From Naegleria gruberi (Eukaryota): a DNA stretch of 64,000 bases. Position 1 is the first letter of the stretch, and every line of letters starts with the position of its first letter. This document shows, one piece after another, positions 53,704 to 64,000 of the stretch. The position numbers and the translations under genes are program-made. The notes under the pieces are model-generated. The model made no database searches and was not told the DNA's origin. It saw only the letters and a list, made by a program, of their open reading frames with translations. The stretch lies in assembly GCA_000004985.1 (NCBI GenBank), contig GG738920.1. One strand, written 5' to 3'.

Positions 53704-55290
53704 CTACACATACCTAAAATTAGCTTTAACCAGGAACCTATCATCATGATAAACATGAAAACCATCATTCTCAAAATCGTTAATACGATCAAACGGAATT
53801 ATTATTGAAATATCTGAAACTTTGATCTCCTTAGAAAATATTTCATTTCCATTCTTCAAATATTCAATGGTATAAGTAGAATACGAGTTTTCCAAATCCT
53901 CACTGTCAACATCGTCGAGATCACTATTTTCATAATTTCTTCCTCCTTCATTTTGAAGACGTTTATGACGTTTCCACTCCTGCACACTCATACTTGTAAC
54001 ATCACCTGATTTAGATTTGTGCATATTACCCAAGCATAGGTAGAAATTATTATGTATAGAGTTGTAATTACGTAACCAGTCATAGATAACAGCATCGTTT
54101 TCTTTCAAATTACTACCATCACTCAATTCATGTCTCGAATATTGTTCATTCAAAATATAAATAATGTAGGGAGTTTCTGATTCCCACTCATTAAGTGTTT
54201 TGCTCAGGTAGTTCAGTGTCATTTCTGCAGCATTGGCAGCTGGCATTAGATAATATGGCCCATTGAAAATAACATTATACACCAAAGCCAATCTTAATCC
54301 ACTTGTCAAAACATTTACCTTAAAATCACTCTCATGATAGAAAGCAACGTAGGATGTGGAATAGTGAGATTTTGATGAGTTTGGATAGAAATTTTCATTT
54401 GATTTGTATTTCACACTCATCTCTCCACCTGTATAGACAGAAGGAAGATAGACAACTAGAGTGGCAAACATCTTGTCCTCCTTTTTGTGATCTGAATGAA
54501 AATCGTATTGTCTTTCTCCTTCGAATAACAATAATTTGCTGAGCTTGACTATTACTTCCTTACCTGCTCCAACTCCTAATCCTTGTTTGATTTCCTTTTG
54601 TAATAAATTATTAATCATATCATTCCAATTAGGATTGGTAATTTCAAATTGATTTAATTCCAATTGCCATGGTTTAGTTTCTTCATTCATTGTGGTGAGT
54701 TGAATAATGTCATTGGCTTGTTCCTTCGAAGCAAATGGAAGTGAAATATTCCTTCTCTCCACCACAACATTCGTGTCATTTGACACTAGTAATTGCAAAC
54801 CAATAGCTGGATAGATGTCAAACTCTCCTCCCACAGAAAAGTTTCCCTCTAAAACATCAGGTACCAGTTCTGACAATATCTTGTCCATTCGTTTTGTGGT
54901 TTTTGATGGATGATAGTCCTCTTCTTCATCAGAGGTGAGGAAATAAATTTCATCATCGGAATCGTCTTCACTATCAGCTTTATCATTGTGCATGATCTCC
55001 TCATCTTCATCCGATGAATTAATTTCCATCACATTTTCAAGATTAGTTACTTCTTGATCATTCTGTGAATCATCATCTTCGGTAATATCGATTACTTCAT
55101 GTCCTTTGATACTCTCTATTACTGATGAGGCAGCAGCTCCAGTAGCAGCATTACTCGAAACCTCTTTTAATTGAATTGTGTTGATGATCATGTCCTCTTG
55201 TTGATCAAAGCAAAAACTTTCAACATCTGAATTTCCTGATGATAAATCTTCATCTAATAGAGGAGAATTTGGTGTGGTTGCTACCAACAT
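53704..55290 (-). CDS. 2OG-Fe(II)-oxygenase-like protein (the N-terminal 528-aa ORF). It is probably the 5' part of a longer gene that continues into 52114..53703.
   Basis: The N-terminus is acidic and Ser-rich. The core is DFHSDHKKEDKMFATLVVYLPSVYTGGEMSV, which is HxD ... GG(E), followed by YHESD and GLRLAL, a P4H-type double-stranded beta-helix pattern. It terminates at a TAG directly abutting the next ATG, in the same frame. Confidence 0.4.
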   Translation of the reverse strand: MLVATTPNSPLLDEDLSSGNSDVESFCFDQQEDMIINTIQLKEVSSNAATGAAASSVIESIKGHEVIDITEDDDSQNDQEVTNLENVMEINSSDEDEEIMHNDKADSEDDSDDEIYFLTSDEEEDYHPSKTTKRMDKILSELVPDVLEGNFSVGGEFDIYPAIGLQLLVSNDTNVVVERRNISLPFASKEQANDIIQLTTMNEETKPWQLELNQFEITNPNWNDMINNLLQKEIKQGLGVGAGKEVIVKLSKLLLFEGERQYDFHSDHKKEDKMFATLVVYLPSVYTGGEMSVKYKSNENFYPNSSKSHYSTSYVAFYHESDFKVNVLTSGLRLALVYNVIFNGPYYLMPAANAAEMTLNYLSKTLNEWESETPYIIYILNEQYSRHELSDGSNLKENDAVIYDWLRNYNSIHNNFYLCLGNMHKSKSGDVTSMSVQEWKRHKRLQNEGGRNYENSDLDDVDSEDLENSYSTYTIEYLKNGNEIFSKEIKVSDISIIIPFDRINDFENDGFHVYHDDRFLVKANFRYV

Positions 55291-55488
55291 TCTCTGATCG
55301 CCAATACTAAACCCAACTTCAGGTGATGATGCAGAAGTTTCCTTGCTGGTTTTCCTTTTGCATTTTTTAAAAAAAGATTAAAAATTAAATTTGTTAAAAT
55401 GTAACGGTTAAATTTTAACAACAACAATTTTAGGTAAATGACATATCTGACTCATTCCAATTTTTAACAATTCTACTGTGAAATTGTT

Positions 55489-58023
55489 TTATTGCTTACA
55501 CCATTGATTAAAAGATTGCTCCTCCCTTCCGAATAATCCATGATCAAATCCATATTTGATAACTCTTTCAATTATTTCGGAAAATGTGCTGTCATCAGAG
55601 TAGTGCTCTAATTCACTCCATAACATTTCAAAGTTGTCCTTTCCAACGATGATTTGTTTCGATACAATGGGTATTAAATCTTTCATTTCGTGTTGGTGAG
55701 CTTTCTTGATGAGTGGAATTTGATGAATTGAGGGAACATAGTTCATGAATCCATAACAATATTGAATGAGATATTTCATCTCTGGACCATATTCTTCCAG
55801 TTCAATGGACCAATTTCCTTCGAATAGAGTTTCAAAGTAGACACTTCTCGAGATGAGAACTGTTTTGTGGCAATGAATTTTCTGATTTCCTACTAGGAAA
55901 CAAATATCACTGGTTGAGTGGTCATTGAATAGGTCCATTAGTGGTGATTTGGAAATATTGTTTGGCTTTTCTTCCCAAGTTACTGGTTTGATAGTTTTTC
56001 TCTTGATGATTAATCTCAAATACTTGTCAACTCTTTCATCAGTTTCAATAAAGAATTCGTATCCAGGTTCTGATGCCTGACTTCCCATGAAATCCAAACA
56101 ATAGTCCTTAATTTTCATCAAAGGAGAAGCTGCTGATGTTGATGAAAAGAATGAAGCATCTCTTGTGAGATAGCTTTCAATAGATTCCAGAATATCCAAA
56201 ACATTATCGAATCCAATTTTTGTAATCACTGATTGAATAATCATTGATTTCATGTAAATTAAATCTCCATGAGCTTGACCAAGTAAAAAGAGAATGCAAA
56301 GACTTTCGTCTGTATCCATATTCGATAATGTGGAATGTTTTTGATAGAGAATTTGATCCAAAATTCTCTGAACTATAGAGCATTCCTTCTCGTTCAAAGA
56401 GCTAATGAAATTATTATTCGAAATAACATTCTTATAGAAATTAGGAGTCATTCGTGCAAGAAGTGGTCTAAAGGCAATCAATCTATCAAATCTATCCATT
56501 TCAAGTTTCCGTACAGAAATATTATCTTCAAAGTGCCAATAATTTACTGCATCCGAAGCAAAATCTCTATTCATATGATCCACCAATGCCTGCTTTCTCA
56601 ATTCCTCCAAATCTATATTCTTCTTTTTGCAAATATTCAATATAATAGAGTCGACAGAAGCTTTGGCATGGAGCAGCAATTTGATAATGTTCCAATGCTC
56701 AAGAGTGCAAGCAATTAAAAGAGGTGTCTGTTATTATTGTGGTTGTTATGGTTGTGGTTGTTTGGAGAAGAGATGCAGTTGATGATGAAGACGGTTAATA
56801 GCGATGTTAAATTGTGTGGCAACTTACTTTCTGTGTTGTAGTGAGCTGTGCGTCAGTGTTGCTGAGATACTTACATACTGTGAAGTTGTGGAAATGTGTA
56901 AAAAGAACCAAATATTACAAATGCACTTACTATCTAAAAAAGTAAAGTCTAGACTGTTGGTGATGCGAAACTTACAAGCTGAAAAATGATAAGAACTTTA
57001 GTTTAGAGATTCCAAAGGAGCAACATACCATATTCATCTAAATTCCCAAAACCTTTTAACCATCAAACTTCATTGCTGGAATACTTACTGTCTGAGGCAA
57101 GTCAGTTAACACACAATATTTCAATATTGGTACTTACTTCCTATGTGTTGTGTAAGAATCTTTAAACTGTATCCAATACTTACATGCTGGCAAGAGTGTG
57201 AATTAATTGTTGCTCCAACCTGAATTACTACTTACCCACTATTAAAATAATGATTGATTATCCATTCGTTCCTAGCTGGTTAAAATAATCTACACTTACA
57301 TCGAACTATTCCATTTAGGATAAACTACATTAGTTATGGTGCCTACTTACAAACTGGAACAATGTGTGAAAATAATGGATTGGAATCTCTCTTAATACTT
57401 ACCCCTTGATTAACGTCTGTGCGATTACAATCTAACAACATTCTAACCAATTCTTCATTTCCTCTTTGACAAGAGACACATAGAGGTGTCTTTTCAAATG
57501 CGTTTGGAAATTTGATATCCAAAGTGTTTACTTACTTCCTATGAACGTGTCAATGAAATTTTAACTTCTGAATCACTTACTTCCTACAAGCACATAAGTG
57601 ACACAAGTGTTTCATCATGATCATCACAATAACTGATTAATAATTATGATTAGAATTAATTCACTTACCATCTAGATGATATTCAAGCTTTTACAACATT
57701 TTCGTTATCTAAATAACTTACAAACTATTTCAGAATGAGTTGACAAAATTCTTCTCAATACTACTTACTCCAATATTTGTATTTAAATGAGGAATCTTGA
57801 GTAAATTATCAACGAGTACTTCCTGTTCCTGTTCACAGGCCCAATATAATAATGTCTTATCCTGTAAATTCTTCAGTGGTTTATTAATCATCCATCTATC
57901 CTCCACAAGAGATGGCGGAAGTTTGCAATTCTCTAAAACCGATTCAATCATCATTAGACTATCTTCCCTCTGTGTCTCAGAAGCAGAAGTTGTGAACGTG
58001 GCCTGTAAAGTGGAGCTGTTCAT
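55489..58023 (-). CDS. Ankyrin-repeat plus BTB/POZ protein with an unusual architecture. Clear exons are 58023..57769 (exon 1), 57489..57403 (an ANK repeat) and 56727..55489 (BTB). Numerous candidate micro-exons lie between them.
   Basis: Exon 1 has the ATG at 58023 and reads ...TLLYWACEQEQEVLVDNLLKIPHLNTNIG. The 87-nt exon reads TPLCVSCQRGNEELVRMLLDCNRTDVNQG. The last exon begins TPLLIACTLEHWNIIKLLLHAKA and ends in a BTB domain (DICFLVGNQKIHCHKTVLISRSVYFETLFEGNW). All three exons are in phase 0. Between them there are 17 GTAAGT/GTATGT donors. Confidence 0.5.
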
Positions 58024-58460
58024 TTTGTTTTTTTGGAGCTTTAACGAGCGAGATGGCCACTTTCACTTTTTGTGGCGCGAGGAAAAAGATGAATTCAATG
58101 CCAACAACAGCAACCTTGAAGATGTGATAAGGGCGCTGTATATTGAGACAATTTCAAGTTGAGGAAATTTCCTTATGAAGAGGTGTGAATAATGGTCTGT
58201 TGGAATGAGGGTATGAACTCTCACAAAGTTTTCCTGACGTGGCAGTAAGCTGTGTGAAAAAAATGGTCTGATTAGAAGCCAGTAAACAGAATTAATTTTG
58301 CATTTTACTGTTTATTTTAGATACTGTTTAACTATTGACCTCTTCAATTAGCAAATGGTGTTGCTCCACTATCCAGAGTCAAAATATATTCTTCAGAATC
58401 AAGATGACTCAGAAATCAACGCACGAAAGTACAATCTCTACAAATATAAGCAAAATTATT

Positions 58461-58531
58461 TGCATTAGCCGGGAGTCGAACCCGGGTCACCAGCTTGGAA
58501 GGCTGGTATGATACCGTTACACTACTAATGC
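58461..58531 (-). tRNA. tRNA-Gly (anticodon TCC).
   Basis: The reverse complement reads GCATTAGTAGTGTAACGGTATCATACCAGCCTTCCAAGCTGGTGACCCGGGTTCGACTCCCGGCTAATGCA. It has a 7-bp acceptor stem, anticodon loop CTTCCAA, T-loop GGTTCGACTCC and a downstream T run. Confidence 0.85.
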
Positions 58532-58599
58532 TCGTTATTAAGCGTATTAAGGAATAATCATCTTTCCTTACACTACAATTAAGATATTATTGTTTTAAT

Positions 58600-61500
58600 T
58601 TATTGATTCAAATGCTTTAGTGCATCAAAGCCTATAACTGCAAGAAAACCAGAACCTACCAATGCTGGAATGACTGTATAAATATACATGTGATAATAGG
58701 CAATCACAAGTGGCCAACCAATCCATATAATAGTAATTGGCATTAGTATTAATTGTCCTAAAATTCCCAAATTTTTACAAAATCTTCCACAAGACTTGAG
58801 TAACCCAACGTAAATATCTGTTAAAATACTCATTCCTACTGAAGCATTGAAATAGGATCTGTATGCATGTATACTTTCCAGTGAAACAAAACCATACCAG
58901 AATACACAGTATCCCCAAGCAATAATAAATAACAAGATATTGATCCAATAGAATATTCCTGACTCTGCTATCAATACAAAAGACAATAACCAAAACACCC
59001 AACCTAACACAAAATCTTGAATGTAGAAGGTATAAACATGTAAAATAAATACATAGTAAAGAATTGGAGAGATGTTGTAAAGGTTACTAACAAGTGATGA
59101 AGACCACCCACCAATACTACCAATGCTCATTACAGTTTTACAAACAAGTACTCTTATATCAAAATAGAAAGGACTGAATGCAACTGAAAATCCATAGAGA
59201 ATTATTCCCACAGAGCTAAGAACAGAAGCAATACCAAGGAATACACTTGTTGCGTACTTCTTTCCATAAAAACTTCTATAGTTCCACAGTTGGAAGTCCC
59301 TATCACCCCACCATCTATACCCTAAGAATGGGAAAACATCCATTAGGTTGAAGAGTTTTTCAGTTAGGGAAACCAACAACATGAATAGGTTGATTGGAAT
59401 TAACAGTACCAAGAACTCAATTCTATCCCATGTCATATCACTTTCTATTCCTTCAACGTGTGAGAAGAGGCTAATGAGATAATAGAACGGATAAAGAACC
59501 AATCCCAAGAGCTTGTATCTAATGAAGAAAAGCTTGTAGATGTGTTCTATGACATGTTGTGTTTCAGCCTTGACAATATGATGGAAACCAGCTTTGTAGT
59601 CATCATTGACAGCATCCTCAAAAGTGTACTGCTTGTATGAGTAACGACTCTTTTTTTCTAGATATCTCTTGATATACTCATTTCTATTCTCAGAATCTGA
59701 AGCAGAGAAGGCCTTCTTGAAAACAGATGTGAAATCTTCATTCTTATATGATCCAATAGCACTGTAGTAAGCTTCATTCAAGTTGATATTATTGTAATAG
59801 TGGTAAGAGTTATAATTATTGGTATTGTTATACTTGGCTTGGAACTTTTTGTCAATCAAATTTGCCTTCTTATCAATATCGAGATACAATTGCCAAAGGA
59901 AGGAATCCTGTCTTGACAATTCGTGCCAATGTTTACAGACACGATCAAAGCTTGCTGCATTTTCTTCAGGGGTGAGGTAAGTCAAAATTTCAAAGAACAT
60001 ATCACTTGGTAATATCTCACCATTATCCTCACTTGTGTTTTTGGTTTTTGATTTGGTGGTTGAGAATGGTTTTGTTTTCATGAACGCCATTAAATGCTTA
60101 ATACATGCAACTGTGAAGAAATACAATCTCTTGACAGTGTAAGGGAATTGATAAACAAATGTAAGATTAATAAATAAAGCTGCAAGGCAAATGATATCCA
60201 AAATAGCACTCTTGAATTCAATCCACAATGTTCTTCTAACACCTTCCTTTAGCATCAAGTATCTGTACACAACGAATGGTATTCTCCAGAACATTACCAA
60301 TAGAGCAATACCAAATACAAGAGTCAGCAAATCAACAAGTGTCTTGGCAATTAAAACTCTAAGTTCTCTTCTTCTTTCTTCATCTCTGTTCTTCCACTGT
60401 TCATAGAGGAAAAGATATTTGAACATAAAGTAAACTCTATATGGAATAACAATACAAGTACATAGAGAAATTATAACAAGTGGAATATCAATGATTAATT
60501 GCAATGCCTGATCTCTAATAAATTCTCTATATCCTCTCTTAGATTTCTTCTTTGAAAGGAAGTGATAAAGCTCAACATTTCTGTAAACAGACAACACAAC
60601 TACCAATGTGAGTAGCATGTATGGTACATCAAGTATAATTTGACTAAGATGGTATCTAATAATTCCTCTTCTTCCCTTAGCTGTTTCTTCGATCCATGCT
60701 GATTTCAGTGCATTTGGAATTCTCCATAAAAGAAGTGGAATAAGAGCTATGTGAATTATGTCGAGAATGAGTTCGTAAAATTCCAAAAGAATGGAATAGT
60801 GAGCTTCTGATAGCTTTCCTGAAACATAAGCAGCAGTAATGATATTTACAACTCGCTTCGATCTCCAGGATACCAATAGCAAGGCTGAACATAAAATGCA
60901 AGGAATATCTAGGACCGTTAGGAAAGCGTTAGTTCCCAATAGGATTAATCGTTTCTTATAGTCTGTTTCGTTTGCTAAGGCTCTTAATATATGTTTGATT
61001 CTCCAAACAGTGAGGGATGAAAGAAGGAATAAAATAATTATAGGAATGTCTTTAACTAGATTCCAAAAAACGAGAGCTATTTGTTTGTGGACTTCCAATG
61101 CTTCTCTGATAGCAAATGTAGATTTGAAAACAGGATGTGTCTTGAGAACAGCAACTAAATCCTTGATTCTATAAACTGTGAGAACAATAATTGCAGAAAA
61201 TACAGTACAAATCAAATCCAAAGGAATTGATAAAGCTTGAGAAACAATTACCTTGGCGGCCAATTTCTTTGGTTCCTTCTGCCCAACAAGAGACTTCATA
61301 GTTGTGACAGTAATTGGAATACGGTAGACTGTGAATGTTACCAAATAAGTGCAGATAATTAATGGGATTTGGAGAGGAAGCAAATAAAGTTGCTTTAACA
61401 CCTTTCCTCTAAAGAAGGTGAATAATTCTCTCTGCTTACCCAACTCTTTTTCTTCCTTCTTTGCCTTTTTGTATTTTCTAAATAAGAGGAAGATAGTAAA

Positions 61501-63401
61501 GATGTGCATGATGGAGAGTATCATTAAAACTAGAGAAATAGTAAATGGGATATCTATCATGGCATCCAAAAATTGTTGAAGAGCTAATTTTCTTCTCTTT
61601 TCTGCAGTTTCATATTCTTCTTTATGGAATACCCAAATCTTGAGAATAATTACTGGTAAACGCCACATTGACAGCAAACCCAACAAAATAAAAGGTAAAT
61701 CTTTCAAGACTGCAAAAGCTTCAGAAATAATAATAAATTGATAGAGAGTGTCTTCTGTTCTTATTCTCTTAATAGTTGTACCTACTCTGTAAAGAGTTGG
61801 AACGACAAGGACTACCATTGCAGTTATTGCTACCACATCAAGAATACTTTGTACAAATTCTTCCATGGCCTTGTTTCTCATACTTCCCGCCTTTTCTTCA
61901 TTGGTAATGATGGTAAGATAGTGTAGAATAATTCTTGGAATTCTCCACAATGACATAATTCCTAAACAAATAAAAGCAATATCAATAATCCAATTTTTGA
62001 AAATATCCCTAATAAGTTCTCTTCTCTGAATAAAAATTTCATTTCCAACAACCTCTACCTTATCAAGTTCATCGCTATCACTATTTGAAAAGAATTTCTC
62101 ATCATAAAAGACATCAATAAATATGGAAGAGTAAAGATGGGAAGCTCTCCAAAAGGTAACAAATATTGGAACACATAAAACTATATGCATAAAATCCAAT
62201 ACCATTTGAGAGAACATGTACAAGCTAGTTGAATGGAAGTATAAGAAATTACCCTTCTCAAAGAGCTTCTTTTGTTCGGATCTAGTAATTTCCCATCTGT
62301 ATCTGGTTACAAATAATGTAATGAATGCCAATAATGAAGGCAAATCAAGGACCAGACAAATAAATTGTTCGAATGTGATTACTCTCATAGATTTAGTTCT
62401 CTTTTCATCTCTATATTGTTGAATTATTGGAATAAATCTATAAATGGTGATTGAAAGACAAAGACCTAGAGCAATAAATGGCATGTCAATAAGTACTTCT
62501 ACACAATGTGAGAAACAGTAAATAGCTCTGTCAAACCCTTCAGCTGGTTGTTCTTTGAATCCTTTGATAAATCCCTTAATTCTATAAAATCCAATAATAT
62601 TAAATAGAATACTCAAAGCATATGCTGGTATTTCCATAAGAATATAGCATCCATTTCTGAAAAATAGTTCGTGTGTCCATTTTTGGCTCCAAACATGAGG
62701 AATTCTCCACATGGTAACTGCAATCAATAACTGATAATTCAAGTTAAAATATTTAAAAGTCAAACAATAATACATACACAAAATGGCAAGCATAAATAAT
62801 CTAACACTGCTTTAACAGTATAATCAGCCATTAAATCAGTAAATGCAGATAATGTTTGAGATTTGTATCCTTGTTTTAAAAAGTATATGAATCTGACAGG
62901 ATTTACCAACATTACAATAGAAAATAAATGTTTAGGCAAACGTATTTGGAATTCACCCCAATCAGAGAAGATATCTACATTACTATTACGATAGCTTCTT
63001 CCAATCTTGTCATCCCACACAATGAAAGCTCTAATTGACATGGCCAACATGGACAAGAAGGTGACTGTCAATGAAATCATCATACTCCAAAAACCTGTAG
63101 AATTTTCCGAAATGTAAAGAGCATAAGTTTCATAGAATGCAAATATTGGATACAAAACAATGGATGGTACTGCAAGTGTAACGATCGGATACATGACTGG
63201 AAACATTAAATAATAGATCAACAATACACCATTATTAAAGTCTGAGTATAAACGCTTTCTACTTCCATAATTATGTGAAATATCCAATGCCAATGTGAGT
63301 AATAATAATGCTGGTGAATAAAAGAGGCATGATACAAAATCAATTACTATTAACCCCAATTTGAGGGCTATTCTCAGTAGAGTTACCACTAACAACTCCA
63401 T
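58600..63401 (-). CDS. Very large polytopic membrane protein (about 1584 aa) with an embedded F-box domain and about 12 internal helix-D[IL]P...[WY]R[IV]P repeats. Two exons: 63401..62778 and 62730..58600, with a 47-nt GTATGT...CAG intron.
   Basis: The two track ORFs are in different frames and join across a 47-nt intron as ...DYLCLPFC|LLIAVTMWRIPHVW. The F-box reads EILPSDMFFEILTYLTPEENAASFDRVCKHWHELSRQDSFLW. There are repeated TM-plus-WRIP motifs (LWRIPRIILHYL, MWRLPVIILKIW, LWRIPNALKSAW, FWRIPFVVYRYL ...). ATG at 63401. Confidence 0.55.
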
Positions 63402-63707
63402 TCCGATATGATGATGATGATGTTGTAAACAGTAATAAAAATAATCAGCTAATGATGGGTGCTGATTTAAAAGATACCAAGCATCTGTCTCTGATAATTT
63501 TTTTAAGTGGAAGAAAAGTTCATTCAGCTGTGGTAACCTTTTGGGAACACCAAAAACTAAAACGAACAGAGAACTAACACGTAAAAGAAGAACATTTAAA
63601 AAATTAAAAGATACAATACTAAGCGAAACTGCATTGAAAACATTGATCTATTTTCTTTCCATACACATGACGTCAATTACAAAGGAGAAAAGGAAGATTA
63701 ATTTACT

Positions 63708-63983
63708 TTACATGAAACTAGTTTCAGAATTATTCATAGCTGCTGATTGTTGTCTTTGTGTTAAAATACGCTTAAATCCTTCTATCAAGTTTGGATGTTC
63801 ACCTTTGAATATTATGTTAACATTATCTAGAGTTTGTTGGGCTGATTGTTGTTGATTGTTAAGCAGTTTGATTTGTTGTAAGAAATCAGCAAATTGTCTA
63901 TTTGTCAAAACTTCTTTAGCTTGCTTAAAGAATTCCTTGCCTTCCAAAGCTTGAGCTTGTTGTGATTGAGTTTGTTGTTGCAT
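63708..63983 (-). CDS. Small Gln-rich hypothetical protein (91 aa).
   Basis: An ATG-initiated ORF with an in-frame stop immediately upstream. It is Q-rich at both ends with no clear motif. Confidence 0.25.
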   Translation of the reverse strand: MQQQTQSQQAQALEGKEFFKQAKEVLTNRQFADFLQQIKLLNNQQQSAQQTLDNVNIIFKGEHPNLIEGFKRILTQRQQSAAMNNSETSFM

Positions 63984-64000
63984 TATTGATTGATTATTGA

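Noticed and set aside
63541-63855. A plus-strand 104-aa ORF near the window end.
   Set aside because: It overlaps the minus-strand Q-rich ORF in antisense, has no motifs, and lies in the intergenic region upstream of the large membrane-protein gene.
1-64000. Prokaryotic-style systems such as CRISPR arrays, operons, restriction-modification or toxin-antitoxin pairs.
   Set aside because: Spliceosomal introns with GTAAGT donors, Pol III tRNAs without encoded CCA, and eukaryote-specific families (F-box, BTB, ankyrin, MVP, flotillin, P450, Zn2Cys6) show this is nuclear eukaryotic DNA. No direct-repeat/spacer arrays are present.

Overview
This is eukaryotic nuclear DNA. It is AT-rich (roughly two-thirds A+T) and gene-dense, with about 30 protein-coding genes on both strands and short spliceosomal introns of 37-100 nt. 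The introns use GTAAGT, GTATGT, GTTTGT or GTACGT donors and YAG acceptors, and there are two tRNA genes (Asp-GTC, Gly-TCC). There is no prokaryotic operon structure, CRISPR array or rRNA. The supplied ORF track treats GTG/TTG as 'M' and omits ORFs that run off the window edge, so several start coordinates were re-derived by hand and several genes were reassembled across introns.

Genes recognised from sequence motifs:
- An alpha-2-macroglobulin-family thioester protein, which runs off the 5' end of the window.
- Two F-box-like proteins with ribonuclease-inhibitor-type leucine-rich repeats.
- A Zn2Cys6 transcription factor whose zinc cluster is split by an intron.
- A cytochrome P450.
- An unusually short major vault protein.
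- An ABCA-type half transporter with seven exons.
- A FAR-17a/AIG1-family membrane protein.
- A flotillin with four exons.
- A divergent protein kinase.
- A DUF4116 repeat protein.
- An NSUN RNA methyltransferase.
- An OSCA/TMEM63/CSC1-type channel.
- A 2OG-Fe(II)-oxygenase-like protein.
- An ankyrin-BTB protein.
- A roughly 1580-aa polytopic membrane protein with an embedded F-box.

The most unusual features are listed below.
- The 56.7-57.8 kb stretch of the ankyrin-BTB gene carries about 17 GTAAGT donors on the minus strand, each preceded by 'YAG + 3/6/9 nt'. This reads as either a chain of one-to-three-codon micro-exons or nested splice sites within long introns.
- The alpha-2-macroglobulin gene has an extremely Cys-rich, bait-like insertion.
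- The major vault protein has only about four repeat domains.
- A single in-frame TAG, removable by a 39-nt intron, separates two long ORFs.
- Near-identical 72-bp tandem repeats encode the leucine-rich-repeat units in one gene.

The organism cannot be assigned from this window. The gene-family content (F-box, BTB, ankyrin, kinase, P450, Zn2Cys6 and MVP together) suggests a protist or an early-diverging fungus, but this is inference only.
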